Below, piece by piece: positions 59,270 through 64,000 of a stretch of DNA of 64,000 nucleotides (within the stretch, counting starts at the first letter, position 1; every line of letters starts with the position of its first letter). The position numbers and the translations under genes are program-made. Source of the DNA: Felis catus (lineage: Eukaryota); contig NC_058373.1 in NCBI RefSeq assembly GCF_018350175.1, positions 116,934,001-116,998,000 of the forward strand, given 5' to 3'. The notes under the pieces are model-generated. The model saw nothing but the letters and a program-made list of their open reading frames with translations. It did no database searches and had not been told where the DNA came from.

Positions 59270-61000
59270 CTGCCAATGTTTTGTAAATTCCCTCTATAAG
59301 ACTGAGGAAGTTTCCATTTTTCCTGGTTTGCTGAAAGTTATCATAAAGGTGTGTTAAAATTTGTCAAATGTTTTTTTTTTCCCTCTGAGATGATTATATG
59401 TTTTTTTTCTTTTATTCTGTTAATTCGATAAATCATATTGACTTTGTTTTAAAAGATTCCATCAAATTATTCTGGGTTAAAAACCACTTGTTCATGGTGG
59501 ATTAGCATTTTAATATATTGATGGATTCATTTTGCATTTTATTACGGATTTTAAAGCTTATGTTCCTGAGTGATAGTGCTCTGTAATTTCTTTTTGTTTT
59601 AATATCTTTGCAGTTTTGTTATAGCTAAGCGGGCCTCATAAAAATTAATTGGGAAATGTTTCTTCTATTATTTGAAAGAGTTCTTTTTTAACATTGGAAT
59701 TATTTCTTCCTTAAATGTTTGCTAGAATTCATCACGAAATCCATCTAGGTGTGAAGTTTTCTTTGTGGAAAGGTTATTTACAAATTCAGGTTAACAGATT
59801 TTCTATCTCCTTTTTCATCTTTGGTAACTTGTATTATTGGCATAAAGAGGTTTGTAGTATCGCTTATCCTTTTACTGTATGGAACATTTGTAGTTACCTT
59901 CTGATACTGGAATTTTGAGGGTTTTTTTTTCCTCTCTTTCTAAAAATTCAGTCTTGTCAGTGTTTACCAATTTTATTAAATTTTCAAAGAAGCAATTTTG
60001 GCTTTTATTATTTTTTAAGTTTATTTCTTTATTTTGAGAGAGAGCACAGGAGCATGAGTGAGGGTGGGACAAAGAGAGAGGGAATAGAGAATCCCAAGCA
60101 GGCTCCGTGTTGTCAGTGCAGAACCCGATGCAGGGCTTGATCTCATGACCCATGAGATCATGACCTGAGCTGAAATCAAGAGTCGGATGCTTCACCAACT
60201 GAGCCACCCAGGTGCCCTGCAAGTTTGACTTAAAAAAAATTGTATTGCTGTTTCTCTATTTTCCATTTTTAAATTACTGTTCTTACCTTTATCATTTTTT
60301 TCCTTTTACTTGCTTTGTGTTTAATTTGCTGTTCTTTGTCTAGCTATTAATCTAGATCATTGTTTTAAGCCTTCCTTTTTACTAAGATCAGCATTTATAA
60401 ATCATCCTCTAAGCAGTGATGAATCTTACACATCTGTTGTATTTTGAGGATATTGAAACTGTTTTCTAGTTTCTTTTATGACTGCTTCTTTGACACATGG
60501 GTCATTAGGAGTACGTTGTATAATTTTTAGAATGTGCAGCTTTTATGAATACCTTAGTTATTGATTTCTCATTGAACTTTGTCATGGTCTGAACATATAC
60601 TCTGCATGCTTTCAATATTTTGAATATTTTTGAATATTTTTGAGATGGCCCAGGAGGGGTCTATTGTGGAGGATGTTCTATGTGCACTTAAGAGAATATT
60701 CCACCATTTTTTGGTTGTTGGCTTCTAGAAATGTCAATTAGATTGAGTCACTTGATAGTGCTCATTTTTTCTGTATTCTTATTGATTGAAAAAAATCTAC
60801 TTGGTCTAGCATTGAAAGAGAAGTGTTAAAATTTCCGAGTTTGTCTATTTCTCCTGTTAGTTCTGTCAAATTTGTTTCCTGTATTTTGAAACTGTAATAT
60901 GAGATATATAACAATTTGGGATCGTTATGTCTTCCTGATGAACTCATCCTTTTATCTTTATAAAATGTCCTTCTTTATCTCTCATTATAGTCCTTGTGAT
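59270..61000 (-). mobile_element. Old L1 ORF2 antisense (second copy, extends to the endonuclease region)
   Basis: gaggaagtttccatttttcctggtttgctg; ggaggatgttctatgtgcacttaagagaat; gagagaagtgttaaaa-like. Confidence 0.78.
60005..60218 (-). mobile_element. Older Can-SINE
   Basis: Full-length antisense copy. Confidence 0.92.
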
Positions 61001-61379
61001 TTTTTTCTTCCCTCTACATCGTACCAAGGTTCAAGACAATTAATTTTCCTTATAGTCTCCTGATTGTGTGGGGGCAGACATGGCTACCCTTATACTAATG
61101 ATGTAGTTATTTGGGATTCTATAAATGGTAGGTGTCAATTTTTTTTTTTTTTGAGATGAAGAAAGCTAAGAGACGGAGACATCTAAAAGATAAATAGCTT
61201 CTAGGGGAATAGAGTAGAACTTGCAGACATATGTGAGATTCCTAAGAGTCATAAAAATACAAGTGGAAATAATTTTTTGAACTTTTCTATACGACAAGCA
61301 CAATTTCAAATACTTTACATGTACCAACAGATTTAATATTTGTAACAGCTCTATAGGAGGAGAACATTATTATTTTCTC

Positions 61380-61482
61380 TCTTTTTTAAAAGTAATCTCT
61401 AAACCCAATGTGGGGCTTGAACTCATGATCCTGAGATCAAGAGTTGGATCTTTTACCGACAAAGCCAGCCAGATGCACCCCC
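61380..61482 (-). mobile_element. Short old Can-SINE inside a MIR (about 61290-61610)
   Basis: agtaatctctaaacccaatgtggggcttgaactc. Confidence 0.87.
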
Positions 61483-61669
61483 CTTTTTTACTCTCTTTTG
61501 TAGATGGGAAACGGAGGCTCAGAGAAGTTAGATTACTTGTAGAGCTAGTAAAGGACAGAGGCAGAATGTGAGCCCAGACGGTATGATGTTCAGGGATCCA
61601 ACTCACCCACTACGGACATACAGTGATAGAGTGATCTCAGGTTAACTGTAAGGTTCTGAATGTGATACA

Positions 61670-62410
61670 CACATCTGATCATGACGCCTGACTGCTCAAA
61701 TCCTTTTAATGGCTTCTCATGGTGCTTTGGCTGAAGACCAAAAATCTTTACCTGTTCATGTAAGATTTATCTCCTGTGGGGCATTTGGGTGTCTCAGTCA
61801 GTTAAGCGTCTGACTTAAGCTCAGGTCATGATCTCATGGTCCGTAAGTTCAAGCCCTGTGTTGGGCTCTGTGCTGTCAGCTCAGAGCCTGGAGCCTACTT
61901 CAGATTCTATGTCTCCCTCTCTCTCTGCCCCTCCCCTGCTCTCACTCTGTCTCTCTCTCTTTCTCAAAAATAAATAAACATTAAAAAAAAGATTTATCTT
62001 CTGTCCATCTCCCCAACCTCATTTTGATTTACTTTCTCCCTTGGTGCACTTCATTCATACTGCCCATCTCTAAGATTTTCTGGTATAATGTGCTTTCTCC
62101 TCCTCCAAGAACATGACATATCCTGGACTCTTGGCCTGAAATTCTCTTTCCCTCTCTTTGTCTCATCATCCTTTAAGTCTCAAACATTACCTCCTCCAGG
62201 AAGCCTTCTCTAGTGCTCCTGGGTTAGATTCTCCAGGCTTACCTGCCCACAACAATCTCTAACACTTATCATGCTTGGAACTGCTTGTTGGAGGTATGTC
62301 TTCCTTTGTAGACTTTAAGCTCAATAAGGCCAGGGAAGGTAAATCTTATTCACAAGTTGGTCCCTATTAGTTAGTAAAGGGTTTGACACATAACATTCCT
62401 ACAGTAAACA
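61670..62410 (+). mobile_element. L2 relic
   Basis: ctgctcaaatccttttaatggcttctc, cattacctcctccaggaagccttctc, tagactttaagctc. Confidence 0.7.
61778..61990 (+). mobile_element. Can-SINE
   Basis: TSD aagatttatct. Confidence 0.94.
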
Positions 62411-63373
62411 TTTTTTAAGGCCCAAAGTAAAACTGACATCTTTAAAAAACAGTCCTCTCTCTAGACCCATGGCCTCTGAGAATTTGAAATATCATATAAA
62501 CCCTTCGTGCACTCTATAGGGGTTATACCCAGGACATAATTCATGATCTGAAAATTAGTTCAGCATTCTCTTGGGACCAACCCTTAGGAGATGAGACTTC
62601 TGGGAATTTTGCTTTTATAAAAGTGAGAGAAGCATTTCTTCTGGTATTTTGACCTCATAGATTCCCGTCCCATCTGGAACCTACAAAGTCGTGCATTTTT
62701 ATGAGAAGAAAAAGCAGCCAAAGCTGTGAAATAATCCCTTTTCTTCAGACTCCAAATAAATTTGTTTTAACCAATGAGCAGAGGGCATAGGGGATATTAT
62801 TTCTACAGAGATTGATTTAAAGTATGAAACAGATGTCAGCCAGTCCCTGAAACCCCAAAGTATTTCCTTGATGCTGTCTCTAGTTCCTCGCAATATTTGT
62901 TTATTTTGGATAAAAGCCATTGCCTCTTTTAAAATGCAAACATTAACTACACGTTGAGTGGGTGGAGCTGAAGGAGACAGCATGGTGAGCTGCTTTTCAT
63001 GTTCACTTGTTTGATTCCCCCTCACCCCCCACAATTTTACGTGAATTAGTACATCATCTCCTTCCCAAACTGACATAGGCTCCATAAAGAGGAAACGGAA
63101 GAGAGAAACCAAGAGAAGTCGCTGCCAGGGTGATCCTTCTTGGGAATGGGATGACAAACCCTGGATGCCAGCTCAGCAGGACCTCCAGGGAATGCCATGG
63201 AAGGAGGAGGAGTCCTGTGCAGGCAGGCAGAAAAGCTTCACAAAGAGATTGCTTCCTGTTCACACTGTTTCCAGGGACGAGATTTTCTTTTTCCTTCTGC
63301 TTTGCTTAGTGACCTACACCTTCCTCTATCCTACCCCTATTCATTTGAAATAAGAGATCTTTTTAAAAAAAAA

Positions 63374-63586
63374 ATTTTTTTTTCAACGTTCATTCATTTT
63401 GGGGACAGAGAGAGACAGAGCATGAACGGGGGAGGGGCAGAGAGAGAGGGAGACACAGAATCGGAAACAGGCTCCAGGCTCCGAGCCATCAGCCCAGAGC
63501 CCGACGCGGGGCTCGAACTCACGGACCGCGAGATCGTGACCTGGCTGAAGTCGGACGCCTAACCGACTGTGCCACCCAGGCGCCCC
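63374..63586 (-). mobile_element. Young felid SINEC_Fc
   Basis: TSD aagagatcttttta; CpGs intact. Confidence 0.96.
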
Positions 63587-63604
63587 AAGAGATCTTTTTA
63601 AAAA

Positions 63605-64000
63605 GAGAGTTTTACTGAAGCATAATTGGTATACAATAAATCGTACATATTTAGTGTGTCCAATGAACTGTGTCGATATAGAAATCTACCTGTGAGCTTT
63701 TACACCAATCAAGATAATGAACATACCCACCAATCCCAAAAGTCTCTTTGTCTCTCTTTGTAAATTCTTCCTTCTGCCCCTTCTCACCCTCTCCTAGGCA
63801 ACTATTGATCTATCACTACAGATGACTTCACATTTTCTTGAATTTTATATAAATGGAACCATGTATGTTTTTCTTTCAGCTGGCATAATTATTTTGAGAT
63901 TCCTCCATGTTGAATGTATTAATAATAATTTATTACTTTTTCATTCCATTGGATGGATATGCCACAAGTTGTTGCTTCATTTGCTCGTCGCCCATTTGGA
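63605..64000 (-). mobile_element. Old L1M 3' end
   Basis: gcataattggtatacaataaatcgtacatatt; gaattttatataaatggaacc; ggatggatatgccacaag. Confidence 0.8.

Noticed and set aside
62699..63157. 152-aa minus-strand ORF
   Set aside because: Non-ATG start, no recognisable homology or exon structure

Overview
Repeat-rich, apparently non-coding mammalian genomic DNA from a felid: it carries about 39 tRNA-derived Can-SINEs, several with the young felid SINEC_Fc signature. I can support no protein-coding exon, tRNA, rRNA or known small RNA. The long ORFs in the track are L1 ORF2 remnants, SINE read-throughs or low-complexity artefacts. The window also holds nested L1s of several ages, solo LTRs (ERV1, ERVL, MaLR), hAT DNA transposons (MER96B-like, MER63, MER5), MIR/L2/L3 relics and micro/minisatellites. 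A few TE-poor islands carry regulatory-looking motifs. I found no convincing novel biological system. The best second-look items are: a MER96B-like hAT element with an open transposase C-terminal mini-ORF; a tail-less L1 endonuclease fragment flanked by TSDs; an internally deleted L1 with both ends; an L1 inserted almost in register into an older L1; a CpG-rich ancient L2; an RFX X-box cluster; and a strong SINE strand bias. Repeat family names come from recalled consensus sequences, not a database search, and boundaries of old elements are approximate.
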